Below are positions 1-10,050 of a DNA stretch of 41,687 nucleotides, piece by piece. The stretch spans positions 1 to 41,687 of the forward strand of contig JANLSU010000076.1 in assembly GCA_031362565.1 (NCBI GenBank). Direction: 5' to 3'. The position numbers were made by a program, and so were the translations under genes. Position 1 is the stretch's first letter, and every line of letters starts with the position of its first letter. Source of the stretch: a bacterium. Its GTDB lineage: Bacteria; Krumholzibacteriota; Krumholzibacteriia; G020349025. Under the pieces are notes generated by a model. The model searched no databases. It was not told the DNA's origin and saw only the letters and a program-made list of their open reading frames with translations.

Positions 1-135
1 GTGATGCCGGGCGACAACATCTCCATGGACGTGGAGTTGATCACGCCGATCGCCATGAGCGAGGGCTTGCGCTTCGCGATTCGCGAAGGCGGCCATACGG
101 TCGGCGCCGGAGTCGTCGCCAAAATCATCGCGTGA
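1..135 (+). CDS. tuf: Elongation factor Tu, C-terminal fragment (5' end outside window)
   Basis: Frame 1 reads [44 protein letters not shown], the EF-Tu C-terminus; directly precedes rpsJ. Confidence 0.97.
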   Translation: MMPGDNISMDVELITPIAMSEGLRFAIREGGHTVGAGVVAKIIA

Positions 136-151
136 ACGAGGAGACCTGATC

Positions 152-460
<309 letters not shown>

Positions 461-523
461 CGGGATTCCGGGGCATCTACGATCCGCCACCGGGCTTCGG
501 CGCGCGGCGGACGACGGGAGCGA

Positions 524-1153
524 ATGATGAAAGCACTGATCGGGAAGAAGTTGGGCATGACCCAGCTCTTCGACCAGACGAGCGGCGTGTTGACGCCGGT
601 CACGGTGGTGCAGGTCGGGCCTTGCCCGGTCACCCAGGTGAAGACCAAGGCCACCGACGGCTATGACGCGGTACAGATCGCGTACGGCGACATCCGTACG
701 ACGCGCGTCACCCTGCCGATGCGCGGCCACTACGCCAAGGCGGGCGTCGTGCCGCGGCGCCTGACGCGCGAATTCCGTTGCGATGACCCGAGCCAGTACA
801 CGGTCGGCCAGGAACTCACCGTCGAGATGTTCGAGGAGTTCAAGAAGGTCGACGTCATCGGCACGAGCAAGGGCAAGGGTTTCGCGGGCACGGTGAAGCG
901 CCATCACTTCACGACCGGGCCGAAGACGCACGGCTGCCGCAACTATCGCGCCCCTGGCTCCATCGGTTCCAACTCGACGCCGAACCGCGTCTTCAAGGGA
1001 CAGCGCATGCCGGGCCACATGGGTGACGTTCAGGTGACGACGCGGAATCTACGCGTTGCCGCGGTCGACAAAGAGAACCACCTGATCATGCTGAAGGGCG
1101 CCGTACCGGGCGGGCGCAACGGCTTTGTCGTCGTGCGCAGCCCCAAGAAGTGA
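524..1153 (+). CDS. rplC: 50S ribosomal protein L3
   Basis: GKKLGMTQ...SKGKGFAG...PGSIG...MPGHMG; operon position. Confidence 0.98.
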   Translation: MMKALIGKKLGMTQLFDQTSGVLTPVTVVQVGPCPVTQVKTKATDGYDAVQIAYGDIRTTRVTLPMRGHYAKAGVVPRRLTREFRCDDPSQYTVGQELTVEMFEEFKKVDVIGTSKGKGFAGTVKRHHFTTGPKTHGCRNYRAPGSIGSNSTPNRVFKGQRMPGHMGDVQVTTRNLRVAAVDKENHLIMLKGAVPGGRNGFVVVRSPKK

Positions 1154-1166
1154 CGGGAGACGAGTG

Positions 1167-1796
1167 ATGTCGGACGTAGCGTTGTATACGACAGGCGGCG
1201 ATCGCACCGGCAGCGTGGCGATCCCGGCCGGCCTGCTCGTCGAACATGTGCACAAGCACGTGCTCTGGGAGGCCGTCAAAGGCCACTTGGCCAACCAGCG
1301 CCAGGGCACGCACAAGACCAAGACGCGGCACGAAGTGAGCGGCCAGAAGTCGAAGATGTACAAGCAAAAGGGCACCGGCCGGGCGCGCGCCGGCTCGAGG
1401 ACTTCAGGCGTGCGGGTTGGCGGTGGCCGCATCCACGGCCCGCGGCCGCGCGACTATTCGTATCGCATTCCGGCGCAAATTCGCCAGTTGGCGTTGCGCT
1501 CGGCGCTGTCGGCGCGGGCTCAGAAGGACGCGCTGTTCGTCATCGAGGACTTCAATCTCGCGGCGCCGCAGACCAAGACCATCGCCACCTTGCTCCAGAA
1601 GATGGGGCTCGGCGATCGCAAGGTGCTGCTGGTGAGCGGTGACGTGAATCACAACCTCATGCTCTCGTGCCGCAACCTGGCGAAGGCGAATCTGACGCAC
1701 GCCGGCCAGCTCAATGCCTACGAGGTCATGCAGGCGGAGACGGTGTTGCTGACGCGCGGCAGCCTGAATGCGCTGCAGGAGGTGCTGGGCTCGTGA
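1167..1796 (+). CDS. rplD: 50S ribosomal protein L4
   Basis: RQGTHKTKTR.EVSG...QKGTGRARAGS...GGRIHGPRPRDY; start placed at ATG 1167. Confidence 0.97.
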   Translation: MSDVALYTTGGDRTGSVAIPAGLLVEHVHKHVLWEAVKGHLANQRQGTHKTKTRHEVSGQKSKMYKQKGTGRARAGSRTSGVRVGGGRIHGPRPRDYSYRIPAQIRQLALRSALSARAQKDALFVIEDFNLAAPQTKTIATLLQKMGLGDRKVLLVSGDVNHNLMLSCRNLAKANLTHAGQLNAYEVMQAETVLLTRGSLNALQEVLGS

Positions 1797-2080
1797 ACGC
1801 ACAGCAAATCATCCTGAGGCCGCTGGTCACCGAACGCAGCATGGTGATCCGCGATACACAGAACAAGTACGTGTTCAAGGTGCATACGAGCGCGACGAAG
1901 CCGGAGATCCGCAAGGCGATCCAGGATCTGTTCAGCGTCAAAGTCACGAGCGTGGCGACGATGAACTTCATGGGCAAGCCGAAGCGTTTGGGGCGGTCCT
2001 CCGGCCGCCGTGCGTCATGGAAGAAGGCCATCGTTACGGTGGCTGCTGGTCAGAAGATCGAGATTTACGACGCTGTCTGA
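1793..2080 (+). CDS. rplW: 50S ribosomal protein L23
   Basis: IILRPLVTERS...YVFKV...ATKPEI...WKKAIVT; GTGA overlap with the rplD stop. Confidence 0.96.
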   Translation: MNAQQIILRPLVTERSMVIRDTQNKYVFKVHTSATKPEIRKAIQDLFSVKVTSVATMNFMGKPKRLGRSSGRRASWKKAIVTVAAGQKIEIYDAV

Positions 2081-2149
2081 TGGCCTCTGCCGGTCCAAGC
2101 CCGCAGCGTGTGAACGCGCGGTGACCCGCGGTCGAAAGGGACAAGGTCC

Positions 2150-2980
2150 ATGGGAGTCAAAAAATTCCGGCCGATCACTCCGGCTCAGCGTTACAAGACG
2201 GTTTCGGACTTCGCGGAAATCACCCGCGACCGGCCGGAGAAATCGCTTGTCGAGCCGCTGCATCGGTCCGGCGGACGTAACAACTTGGGCCGGATCACGT
2301 CGTTCCATCGCGGTGGCGGCCACAAGCGTGCCTATCGCCGGATCGACTTCAAGCGTGACAAGCACGGGATTCCGGCCAAGGTCGCGTCGATCGAATACGA
2401 TCCGAATCGCAGCGCGCGCATTGCGCTCCTGCACTATGCGGACGGCGAGAAGCGCTACATCATCGCGCCGGTGGGCCTGCAAGTCGGCCGCGTCGTGGTG
2501 TCGGGTCCGGAGGCCGAGTTCGAGCCGGGAAACTCGCTGCCGCTGGCCAAGATCCCGGTCGGAACCGTGGTCCACGCCGTGGAACTCGTGGCCGGCAAGG
2601 GCGCGCAAATGGCGCGGAGCGCCGGCGCCTTCGTGCAGTTGATGGCGAAGGAAGGCAACTACGCGCAGTTGCGCTTGCCGAGCGGCGAAATGCGCAAGGT
2701 CCGGATCGAGTGTCTGGCGACGATCGGCCAAGTGGGCAACGTCGATCATGAGAACGTCGTGATCGGTAAGGCCGGCAAGTCGCGCTGGCTGGGCCGCAAA
2801 CCGAACAACCGCGGTGTTTCGATGAATCCCATCGATCACCCCATGGGCGGTGGCGAAGGCAAGACCTCGGGTGGACGGAATCCTTGTTCACCCTGGGGCC
2901 AGCCTGCCAAGGGCTACCGCACCCGCAGCAAGAAGAAGTCATCGGATCGATTGATCGTGCGCCGTCGCTACCAGAAGTAG
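2150..2980 (+). CDS. rplB: 50S ribosomal protein L2
   Basis: GRNNLGRIT...[12 protein letters not shown]...[15 protein letters not shown]. Confidence 0.99.
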   Translation: MGVKKFRPITPAQRYKTVSDFAEITRDRPEKSLVEPLHRSGGRNNLGRITSFHRGGGHKRAYRRIDFKRDKHGIPAKVASIEYDPNRSARIALLHYADGEKRYIIAPVGLQVGRVVVSGPEAEFEPGNSLPLAKIPVGTVVHAVELVAGKGAQMARSAGAFVQLMAKEGNYAQLRLPSGEMRKVRIECLATIGQVGNVDHENVVIGKAGKSRWLGRKPNNRGVSMNPIDHPMGGGEGKTSGGRNPCSPWGQPAKGYRTRSKKKSSDRLIVRRRYQK

Positions 2981-3006
2981 CCGACGACGAGACCTGGGAG
3001 CCATCG

Positions 3007-3303
3007 ATGTCACGATCGCTGAAGAAGGGACCGTTCGCGAGCGAGAGGCTCGTGCAGCGTGTCAATCAGATGAATGCGAAGGGCGAGAAGCGCGTCCTGA
3101 AGACTTGGGCGCGGGCCTCGACCATTCTGCCGGAATTCGTCGGACATACGCTGGCCGTGCACACGGGGAACCGGTTCATCCCGGTGTATATCTCCGAGAA
3201 CATGGTGGGTCACAAGGTCGGCGAGTTCGCGCCGACGCGCCAGTTCCGCGGTCACACGACGAAGACCCGTGCGCAGATGTCCGGCGGCAAAGCCAAGACG
3301 TGA
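3007..3303 (+). CDS. rpsS: 30S ribosomal protein S19
   Basis: [10 protein letters not shown]...[16 protein letters not shown]...[13 protein letters not shown]. Confidence 0.98.
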   Translation: MSRSLKKGPFASERLVQRVNQMNAKGEKRVLKTWARASTILPEFVGHTLAVHTGNRFIPVYISENMVGHKVGEFAPTRQFRGHTTKTRAQMSGGKAKT

Positions 3304-3320
3304 GGAACTGAGGATTTGTG

Positions 3321-3827
3321 ATGGAATCGAGAGCCATTCTGAGTTTCAACGGTTTGACGGCGCGCAAGATGCGCCAGGTCGCGGACCTCGTGCGTGGCAA
3401 AGACGTCGACGTTGCGCTGCATACGCTGCGCTTCGTCACCAAGGCGTCGGCCAAGCCGATGGAGAAGCTCATCACATCGGCGATCGCCAATGCGCGCGAG
3501 AAGGCGAATGCATCCGACACGCGTTTTGACGCGGACGCCTACTTCGTGAAGACCGTGATGGTCGACGAAGGTCCGACGATGAAACGTTTCCGGCCGCGCG
3601 CCCAGGGCCGGGCGTACAGCATCTTCAAGCGGTCGTGCCATGTGAAGGTCGTGCTCGACGAGCGGCCCGCACGCAAGAAGCAGCCGAAGCCCGCGCTCGC
3701 GAAGGCCGCGGCCGCCGGTACCGACAAGGCCGCCAAGGCCGCTAAGTCCACGAAGAGCGCCGCGACGACGACCGCCGCCGCTGGTGCCAAGAGCGCGAAG
3801 ACGCCGAAAAAGGCCGCCGCGAAGTAA
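3321..3827 (+). CDS. rplV: 50S ribosomal protein L22 with Lys/Ala-rich C-terminal tail
   Basis: [13 protein letters not shown]...SAIANA...[18 protein letters not shown]; alternative start GTG 3318. Confidence 0.96.
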   Translation: MESRAILSFNGLTARKMRQVADLVRGKDVDVALHTLRFVTKASAKPMEKLITSAIANAREKANASDTRFDADAYFVKTVMVDEGPTMKRFRPRAQGRAYSIFKRSCHVKVVLDERPARKKQPKPALAKAAAAGTDKAAKAAKSTKSAATTTAAAGAKSAKTPKKAAAK

Positions 3828-3840
3828 GAGGAGGATCGAG

Positions 3841-4527
3841 TTGGGTCAGAAAACGCATCCGATCGGCTTCCGGCTGGGCGTCATCCGCACGTGGGATTCG
3901 CGCTGGTTCGCCAAGAAGGAGTACGCGGATTGGCTGATGGAAGATCAGAAGATCCGGCAGTACATCCGCGCCCGCCTCAAGAAGGCCGGGATCGCCAGCA
4001 TCGAAATCGAACGCGCGCCCAAGAAGGTGTCGATCAACATCCATGCGGCACGTCCCGGCATGGTGATCGGACGCAAGGGCAGCGAAGTCGACAAATTGCG
4101 CGACGAACTGCATCACCTGACGGAGAAGAGCGTCTACCTGAATATCGTCGAGGTGAAGAAGCCCGAGAAGAACGCCCAGCTCGTCGCCGAGCACATCGCT
4201 CTGCAGCTCGAGCAGCGGGTGGCGTTCCGCCGCGCCATGAAGAAGACGATCTCGTCGGCCATGCGCATGGGCGTCAAGGGCATCAAGGTGCGCTGCGGCG
4301 GCCGCTTGGGCGGTTCCGAAATGGCGCGCGTCGAGCAATATCGCGAGGGCCGGGTGCCGCTGCATACGCTGCGCGCCGACATCGATTACGCGACCGCGAC
4401 GGCACGCACGACGTTCGGCGCGATTGGCGTCAAGGTCTGGATCTTCAACGGCGAGATTTTCCCGGCCGATGCACGCCGTGCAGCGGCCGAACGTGAGGCG
4501 GTGAGCAGCGATGGCGCTGGCGCCTAA
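3841..4527 (+). CDS. rpsC: 30S ribosomal protein S3
   Basis: TTG start after [19 protein letters not shown]...[10 protein letters not shown]...[14 protein letters not shown]. Confidence 0.98.
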   Translation: MGQKTHPIGFRLGVIRTWDSRWFAKKEYADWLMEDQKIRQYIRARLKKAGIASIEIERAPKKVSINIHAARPGMVIGRKGSEVDKLRDELHHLTEKSVYLNIVEVKKPEKNAQLVAEHIALQLEQRVAFRRAMKKTISSAMRMGVKGIKVRCGGRLGGSEMARVEQYREGRVPLHTLRADIDYATATARTTFGAIGVKVWIFNGEIFPADARRAAAEREAVSSDGAGA

Positions 4528-4936
4528 GCGGACCAAGTTCCGCAAGATGCACAAGGGCCGCCGTAACGGCCTGGCGTATCGCGGCTCGGACTTGTCGTTC
4601 GGTGAATTCGGTTTGTCGACGCTCGATCCCGCGTGGCTCGATGCCCGCCAGATCGAAGCGGCACGCGTCGCCATCACGCGCCACATCAAGCGTGGCGGCA
4701 AGCTGTGGATCCGGGTTTTCCCGGACAAGCCGATCACCAAGAAACCGGCTGAAACCCGCATGGGCAAGGGCAAGGGTAATCCCGAGTTCTGGGTGGCGTC
4801 CGTGCGGCCCGGCCGCATCCTGTTCGAACTGGAAGGCGTCGACGCTGCGACCGCCAAGGCCGCATTCCGGCTGGCGACGAGCAAGCTGCCGGTGCGCACC
4901 AAGTTCCTGCAGGCGGAAGGCAGGCACGCAGCATGA
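4511..4936 (+). CDS. rplP: 50S ribosomal protein L16
   Basis: [12 protein letters not shown]...[12 protein letters not shown]. Confidence 0.98.
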   Translation: MALAPKRTKFRKMHKGRRNGLAYRGSDLSFGEFGLSTLDPAWLDARQIEAARVAITRHIKRGGKLWIRVFPDKPITKKPAETRMGKGKGNPEFWVASVRPGRILFELEGVDAATAKAAFRLATSKLPVRTKFLQAEGRHAA

Positions 4937-5220
4937 AAATGAAACAGTTGAAGGAACTGACGACGGACGAGTTGCAGGCCAAGCACGACGATTTGTGGAC
5001 CGAGGTGTTCGGGATGCGGATCAAGCACGCGCTCGGGCAGCTCGAGAATCCACTTCTGTTGCGCGGTGCGCGCCGCGACATCGCGCGCGTCAAGACGCTG
5101 CTCACGCAGCACGGCGTGGAAGAAAAATCGCGCCGCCGTCACAACGCCCGCCCAGCGGGCGTGACCGCGAGCAAGGGTAAGGCCGCCAAGAGCGCCAAGC
5201 CCGCCGCGGGCGCGAAGTAA
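4933..5220 (+). CDS. rpmC: 50S ribosomal protein L29 with basic C-terminal tail
   Basis: LKELTTDEL...GQLENP...RRDIARVKT; lies between rplP and rpsQ. Confidence 0.95.
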   Translation: MKMKQLKELTTDELQAKHDDLWTEVFGMRIKHALGQLENPLLLRGARRDIARVKTLLTQHGVEEKSRRRHNARPAGVTASKGKAAKSAKPAAGAK

Positions 5221-5232
5221 GAGGGGGCGCAA

Positions 5233-5526
5233 GTGAGCGATCGCACACTGGTCAAGACCCGCGTCGGCGAGGTCACGAGCACGAAGATGAGCAAGACGAT
5301 CACCGTCAAGGTGGCGCGCAAGGTCGTGCACCCGGTGTACGGCCGGATCATCAACCGTAGCGTCAAGCTGCACGCCCACGACGAAAAGAACGAGTGCCTG
5401 GTGGGCGACGTGGTGCGGCTGGCGGAGACGCGGCCGTTGTCGAGGACGAAACGCTACCGGCTTGTCGAGATCATTCAGCGCGGCGGCGAGAAGTACCAGC
5501 TTCCCGACGTCGAGGAGACAGTATGA
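5233..5526 (+). CDS. rpsQ: 30S ribosomal protein S17
   Basis: KMSKTITV...HPVYGR...[13 protein letters not shown]...[10 protein letters not shown]. Confidence 0.97.
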   Translation: MSDRTLVKTRVGEVTSTKMSKTITVKVARKVVHPVYGRIINRSVKLHAHDEKNECLVGDVVRLAETRPLSRTKRYRLVEIIQRGGEKYQLPDVEETV

Positions 5527-5891
5527 TTCAGCAGGAGACCAACGTCATCGTCGCCGACAACTCGGGCGCCAAGAAGGCCCAGTGCTTCCGCGTGCTCGGC
5601 GGCACCAAGCGCCGGTACGCCTACGTCGGCGACATCGTTGTCTGCGCGGTGAAGGTCGCGATTCCGGGCGGCACGGTGAAGAAGGGCGACGTCGTCAAGG
5701 CGGTCGTCGTCCGTACCACCAAGGAACAGCGCCGCAAAGACGGTACGTACATTCGTTTCGACGAGAACGCCGTCGTCATCATCAATGACAAACGCGAGCC
5801 GGTCGGCACTCGCATTTTCGGGCCCGTGGCGCGCGAACTGCGCGAAAAACGGTTCATGAAGATCGTGTCGCTCGCTCCCGAGGTGGTTTGA
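5523..5891 (+). CDS. rplN: 50S ribosomal protein L14
   Basis: MIQQET...VADNSGAK...[13 protein letters not shown]...SLAPEV. Confidence 0.99.
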   Translation: MIQQETNVIVADNSGAKKAQCFRVLGGTKRRYAYVGDIVVCAVKVAIPGGTVKKGDVVKAVVVRTTKEQRRKDGTYIRFDENAVVIINDKREPVGTRIFGPVARELREKRFMKIVSLAPEVV

Positions 5892-5892
5892 C

Positions 5893-6216
5893 ATGCACGT
5901 CGCGAAAGACGACTCCGTCATCGTCATTTCCGGTAAGGACCGCGGCAAGATGGGCCGCGTGCTCCGCGTCATACCCGACAAGGGCCGGGTCGTCGTCGAG
6001 CACGTCAATATCATCAAGCGCCACACGCGCCCCAACCCGCAAAAGGGTGTGCAGGGCGGCATTTTGGAAAAAGAAGCGCCGATCGACGCCTCGAAGGTGA
6101 TGATCGTCGACCCGACAACGGGCAAGCCGACGCGCGTCGGCCACAAGGTGCTCGCCGACGGCAAGAAAGTGCGCATCGCCCGCAAGAGCGGCGAGATGAT
6201 CGGCAAGGAGAAGTAA
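5893..6216 (+). CDS. rplX: 50S ribosomal protein L24
   Basis: KOW motif [26 protein letters not shown]. Confidence 0.98.
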   Translation: MHVAKDDSVIVISGKDRGKMGRVLRVIPDKGRVVVEHVNIIKRHTRPNPQKGVQGGILEKEAPIDASKVMIVDPTTGKPTRVGHKVLADGKKVRIARKSGEMIGKEK

Positions 6217-6219
6217 TCG

Positions 6220-6981
6220 ATGGCCAAGGAAAAAGACGCCCACGGCGGCAAGGGCAAGGACGGCGGCAAAGGCAAGGACGGCGGCAAGGGCAAAGACGCT
6301 GGCGGCAAGCCCAAGGATGCCCAGGGCGGCAAGGTCAAAGCGCAGCAGCCGCAGGGTGGCAAGGTCAAGGCCAAGGCCAAGGGCGGCGACGACGCCAAGC
6401 GCAGCAAGGCGGACGATGGCCCGGTGGGACCGGCGACTCCGCCGCGACTGCGCACCGAGTACAAGGCCCGTGTCGTGCCGGCGCTCATGCAGCGCTTCTC
6501 GTACAGCAACGTCATGCAAGTGCCGCGCCTGCAGAAGATCGTCGTCAACATGGGCGTCGGCGAGGCCATCAGCAACTCGAAGCTGCTCGATGCAGCCGTG
6601 GAAGATATGCAGTCCATCACCGGCCAGAAGCCGGTCGTGACCCATGCCAAGAAGTCGATCGCCAACTTCAAGTTGCGCGAGGGCCTGGCCATCGGCTGCC
6701 GCGTCACGCTGCGCGGCGCCAGAATGTGGGAGTTCTACGACCGTCTGGTGAATGTGGCGCTGCCGCGTATTCGTGACTTCCGGGGCGTGCCCACCAAGAG
6801 CTTCGACGGGCGTGGCAACTACACGCTGGGGCTCAAGGAGCAGATCAATTTTCCGGAGATCGACTACGACAAGATCATGCAGCTCATGGGCATGGACATC
6901 ACGTTCGTGACCACCGCCAAGACCGACGAAGAGTCACGCGAGCTGCTGGCGCTCATGAATATGCCGTTCCGGAAGCCGTGA
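6220..6981 (+). CDS. rplE: 50S ribosomal protein L5 with Gly/Lys/Asp-rich N-terminal extension
   Basis: [15 protein letters not shown]...ITGQKP...FKLREG...[10 protein letters not shown]. Confidence 0.97.
   Translation: MAKEKDAHGGKGKDGGKGKDGGKGKDAGGKPKDAQGGKVKAQQPQGGKVKAKAKGGDDAKRSKADDGPVGPATPPRLRTEYKARVVPALMQRFSYSNVMQVPRLQKIVVNMGVGEAISNSKLLDAAVEDMQSITGQKPVVTHAKKSIANFKLREGLAIGCRVTLRGARMWEFYDRLVNVALPRIRDFRGVPTKSFDGRGNYTLGLKEQINFPEIDYDKIMQLMGMDITFVTTAKTDEESRELLALMNMPFRKP
6244..6297 (+). repeat. Three in-frame 18-bp tandem repeats encoding GGKGKD in the L5 extension
   Basis: ggcggcaagggcaaggac / ggcggcaaaggcaaggac / ggcggcaagggcaaagac. Confidence 0.9.
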
Positions 6982-7086
6982 TCGATCGCAGTACGAGGAT
7001 CGTTCCCGCCGTGACGGCGGCGTGATTGCGAGAAGTGGCCCGCCGCGAGGGCGGGAGAGAACGTTCGAACAGTTGAGGGAGAGCGA

Positions 7087-7272
7087 GTGGCGACCAAGGC
7101 GCTTATCGCCAAGGCCCGGGCCAAATCGAAGTTCAAGGTGCGGAAGCACAACCGGTGCAACCGCTGCGGGCGCCCGCGCGCATTTCTGCGCGACTTCGGA
7201 ATGTGCCGGATTTGTTTCCGCGAGCTCGCGCTGCGCGGCCAGATCCCTGGTGTGGTCAAGGCGAGCTGGTAA
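7087..7272 (+). CDS. rpsN: 30S ribosomal protein S14, type Z (zinc-binding, 61 aa)
   Basis: CNRC...CRIC zinc motif; ends GVVKASW. Confidence 0.97.
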   Translation: MATKALIAKARAKSKFKVRKHNRCNRCGRPRAFLRDFGMCRICFRELALRGQIPGVVKASW

Positions 7273-7365
7273 GGGTTTCCCGTCGGCAGTCGCGACACGA
7301 TGTGCGCGGCGGCCGTTGTCCCGGGCGCGAATTGCGCCCCACGGGAGTTGGAGGAGAAGGCCAAG

Positions 7366-7767
7366 ATGTCGATGACCGATCCCATCGCCGACATGCTGAC
7401 GCGCATTCGTAATGCGCAGCATGCACGGCATCGCCGCGTCGACGTGCCGGCGTCGCGGATGAAGACTTCGATCGCCAAGATTCTGCAGGCCGAGGGCTAT
7501 ATCACCAATAGCCGGACGATCGAGGAAGAGAAGAAGGCTGTGTTGCGCATCTTCTTGAAGTACGAGGACACGCGCGGCAGCGGTGTCATTCGCGGTCTCG
7601 AGCGAGTGAGCAAGCCCGGACGGCGTGTCTACGTGTCGTGTGAAACCATCCCGCGCGTGCGTGGTGGATACGGCACCTCCATCCTGAGCACTTCGCACGG
7701 TCTGATGACCGGCGTGCAGGCGCGCCAAAAGGGCGTCGGCGGCGAATTGCTCTGCCAGGTTTGGTAG
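7366..7767 (+). CDS. rpsH: 30S ribosomal protein S8
   Basis: MSMTDPIADMLTRIRNA...VSKPGRRVY...GGELLCQVW. Confidence 0.98.
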   Translation: MSMTDPIADMLTRIRNAQHARHRRVDVPASRMKTSIAKILQAEGYITNSRTIEEEKKAVLRIFLKYEDTRGSGVIRGLERVSKPGRRVYVSCETIPRVRGGYGTSILSTSHGLMTGVQARQKGVGGELLCQVW

Positions 7768-7778
7768 GAGGAAGGACC

Positions 7779-8318
7779 ATGTCGCGAATCGGACGGCTGC
7801 CGGTCTCGATCCCGAGCGGCGTCAAAGTGCGGATGGACGGCGGGACGTTCTTTGCTCAAGGCCCGAAGGGCGAGCAGAGCGCGCGCATACATCCGGAAAT
7901 GAAAGTGGAACTGGACGACAAGGAAGTCCGGGTCACACGCCCAAGCGAGGCGAAGTGGCACAAGTCGTTGCACGGCTTGTCGCGCACTTTGATCGCCAAC
8001 AGCGTCAAGGGTGTGTCGGAGGGCTTCGCGAAGAAGCTCGAGATCCAAGGCGTCGGCTACAAGGCCGAAGTGCGGGGCAAGGCGCTCGTTCTGGCGCTCG
8101 GGTATTCGCACACGATCGAGTTCCCGATGCCGCAGGGCATCGAGATCCAGTGCGAGACGCCGACGTTGATCGTCATTCGCGGCGCCGATAAGCAGCAGGT
8201 GGGCCAGGTCGCGGCGAACGTGCGCGGCTTCCGGCCCCCGGAGCCTTACAAGGGCAAGGGCATTCGTTATCAGGGCGAAGTCGTGCGCCACAAGGCCGGC
8301 AAGACCGCAGGCAAGTAA
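7779..8318 (+). CDS. rplF: 50S ribosomal protein L6
   Basis: MSRIGRLP...RPPEPYKGKGIRY. Confidence 0.98.
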   Translation: MSRIGRLPVSIPSGVKVRMDGGTFFAQGPKGEQSARIHPEMKVELDDKEVRVTRPSEAKWHKSLHGLSRTLIANSVKGVSEGFAKKLEIQGVGYKAEVRGKALVLALGYSHTIEFPMPQGIEIQCETPTLIVIRGADKQQVGQVAANVRGFRPPEPYKGKGIRYQGEVVRHKAGKTAGK

Positions 8319-8337
8319 GCTGTAGGGAGCGATCGCG

Positions 8338-8703
8338 ATGAAGGAAACCCGGGAAGCGGGCCGCAGGCGGCGACACGTTCGCGTGCGGAAAAAGGTCCAA
8401 GGCAGCGCCGAGCGGGGCCGTATGACGGTGTTCCGCAGCCACCTGCACATCTACGCCCAGATCGTCGACGACACGGCGGGCAAGACGCTGGTGTCGGCCT
8501 CGAGTTTGAAGCTGCAGGCATCGCCTGCGGCTGACGGCGTGTCACGCCGTATCGCCCAAGCGAAAGCCGTGGGCAAGGAATTGGCGGTGCGCGCCAAGGA
8601 GAAGGGCATCGAGAAGGTGGCCTTCGACCGTAGCGGCTATCGCTATCACGGCCGCGTTGCGGCGCTCGCTCAGGGCGCTCGCGAAGCTGGTCTGCAGTTC
8701 TAA
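8338..8703 (+). CDS. rplR: 50S ribosomal protein L18
   Basis: [15 protein letters not shown]...[24 protein letters not shown]. Confidence 0.98.
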   Translation: MKETREAGRRRRHVRVRKKVQGSAERGRMTVFRSHLHIYAQIVDDTAGKTLVSASSLKLQASPAADGVSRRIAQAKAVGKELAVRAKEKGIEKVAFDRSGYRYHGRVAALAQGAREAGLQF

Positions 8704-8713
8704 GGAGACGACC

Positions 8714-9295
8714 TTGGCAAGGCCTGAACGCGGTCGCGACCGCGACCGCAAAGAGAAAAGCGATTTCATCGAGAACGTCATCGCCATCCGGCGCGTGGCG
8801 AAAGTCGTCAAAGGCGGCCGCCGTTTCAGTTTCAACGCGCTGGTCGCGGTTGGTAACGGCCAGGGCCGCGTCGGCGTCGGGTTGGGCAAGGCGAACGAAA
8901 TTGCCGACGCTATTCGCAAGGCGAGCGAGACCGCAAAGAAGTCGCAGATCGATGTGCCGATGGTGAAGCACACCATCCCGTACAAGGTGCTCGGCGTGTA
9001 CGGCGCGGGCCGCGTTTTGCTCAAGCCGGCTGCGCCCGGTACCGGCGTTATTGCCGGCGGCCCGGTGCGCGCCATTCTCGAGGCCGCAGGCGTCAAGGAC
9101 ATCCTGACGAAGGCACTCGGAACGAACAACGCGCACAACGTCGTCAAAGCCACGATGACGGCGCTGAAAGACCTCGAGAGCGCGCGCACTGTCGCAAAGC
9201 GGCGCGGCGTGACCGTGGCGCACATGTTCGGATTGCCGCCGCGCGCCGCCGCACCCGTCAACGGCACGGCGCCAGTTGTCGAAGGGAACGCGTGA
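8714..9295 (+). CDS. rpsE: 30S ribosomal protein S5
   Basis: TTG start after [24 protein letters not shown]...GTGVIAGG. Confidence 0.97.
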   Translation: MARPERGRDRDRKEKSDFIENVIAIRRVAKVVKGGRRFSFNALVAVGNGQGRVGVGLGKANEIADAIRKASETAKKSQIDVPMVKHTIPYKVLGVYGAGRVLLKPAAPGTGVIAGGPVRAILEAAGVKDILTKALGTNNAHNVVKATMTALKDLESARTVAKRRGVTVAHMFGLPPRAAAPVNGTAPVVEGNA

Positions 9296-9480
9296 TGGCG
9301 AAGGTACTGATCAAACAAATTCGCAGCCGCATCAACGCGACGCCGGCCAACAAGGCGACGCTCGATGCGCTGGGATTGCACCGGAATTACCGCAGCGTGG
9401 TCCAAGAGGACACGCCCCAGTTGCGCGGCATGCTGCGCAACGTCGCGCACCTCGTGCGCGTTGAGCCAGCGGCCAAGTGA
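9295..9480 (+). CDS. rpmD: 50S ribosomal protein L30
   Basis: IKQIRSRI...ATLDALGL...RGMLRNVAHLVRVE. Confidence 0.95.
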   Translation: MAKVLIKQIRSRINATPANKATLDALGLHRNYRSVVQEDTPQLRGMLRNVAHLVRVEPAAK

Positions 9481-9502
9481 CGACGAGAGAGGGAGAGCAT
9501 CG

Positions 9503-10006
9503 ATGCGGTTGAACGAGCTGCGCCCATCGCACGGCGCCACAAAGAAGCGCAAGCGCGTCGGCCGCGGGCCGGGTTCCGGCCACGGCAAGACTGCGACCAA
9601 GGGTCACAAGGGCCACCAGGCGCGCTCCGGCGGCGGTAAGAACAAAGCCTTCGAAGGCGGCCAGATGCCGCTGACGCGCCGGATCCCCAAGTTCGGGTTC
9701 AAGAACCCGTTCCGGATCGAGTACCAGGTCGTGAACGTCGGCATGTTGGAAGAGCGCTTCGATGCCGGCGCCACGGTCGATGCAGCGACGCTCTACGAGC
9801 GCGGCGTGCTGCAGAGCAAGTACCTGCCGGTCAAGGTTCTGGCGAACGGCAACCTGACCAAGAAACTGACGCTCAAGGTCGATGCGATCAGCGAAACGGC
9901 GCGCCAAAAGGTCGAAAGCGCCGGCGGCAGTATCGCGATCGAGACCAAGTCGGCACGGCAGAAGCAAGACAGCGCGGTGCGCCTGAAGCACGCAGCGCAC
10001 GCCTGA
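9503..10006 (+). CDS. rplO: 50S ribosomal protein L15
   Basis: RVGRGPGSGHGKT...GHKGHQARSG...FEGGQMPLTRRIPKFGF. Confidence 0.98.
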   Translation: MRLNELRPSHGATKKRKRVGRGPGSGHGKTATKGHKGHQARSGGGKNKAFEGGQMPLTRRIPKFGFKNPFRIEYQVVNVGMLEERFDAGATVDAATLYERGVLQSKYLPVKVLANGNLTKKLTLKVDAISETARQKVESAGGSIAIETKSARQKQDSAVRLKHAAHA

Positions 10007-10050
10007 GTTTGCACGCTTCGATTCATCGGCCCTAAGGAGCCGGCACAGCG

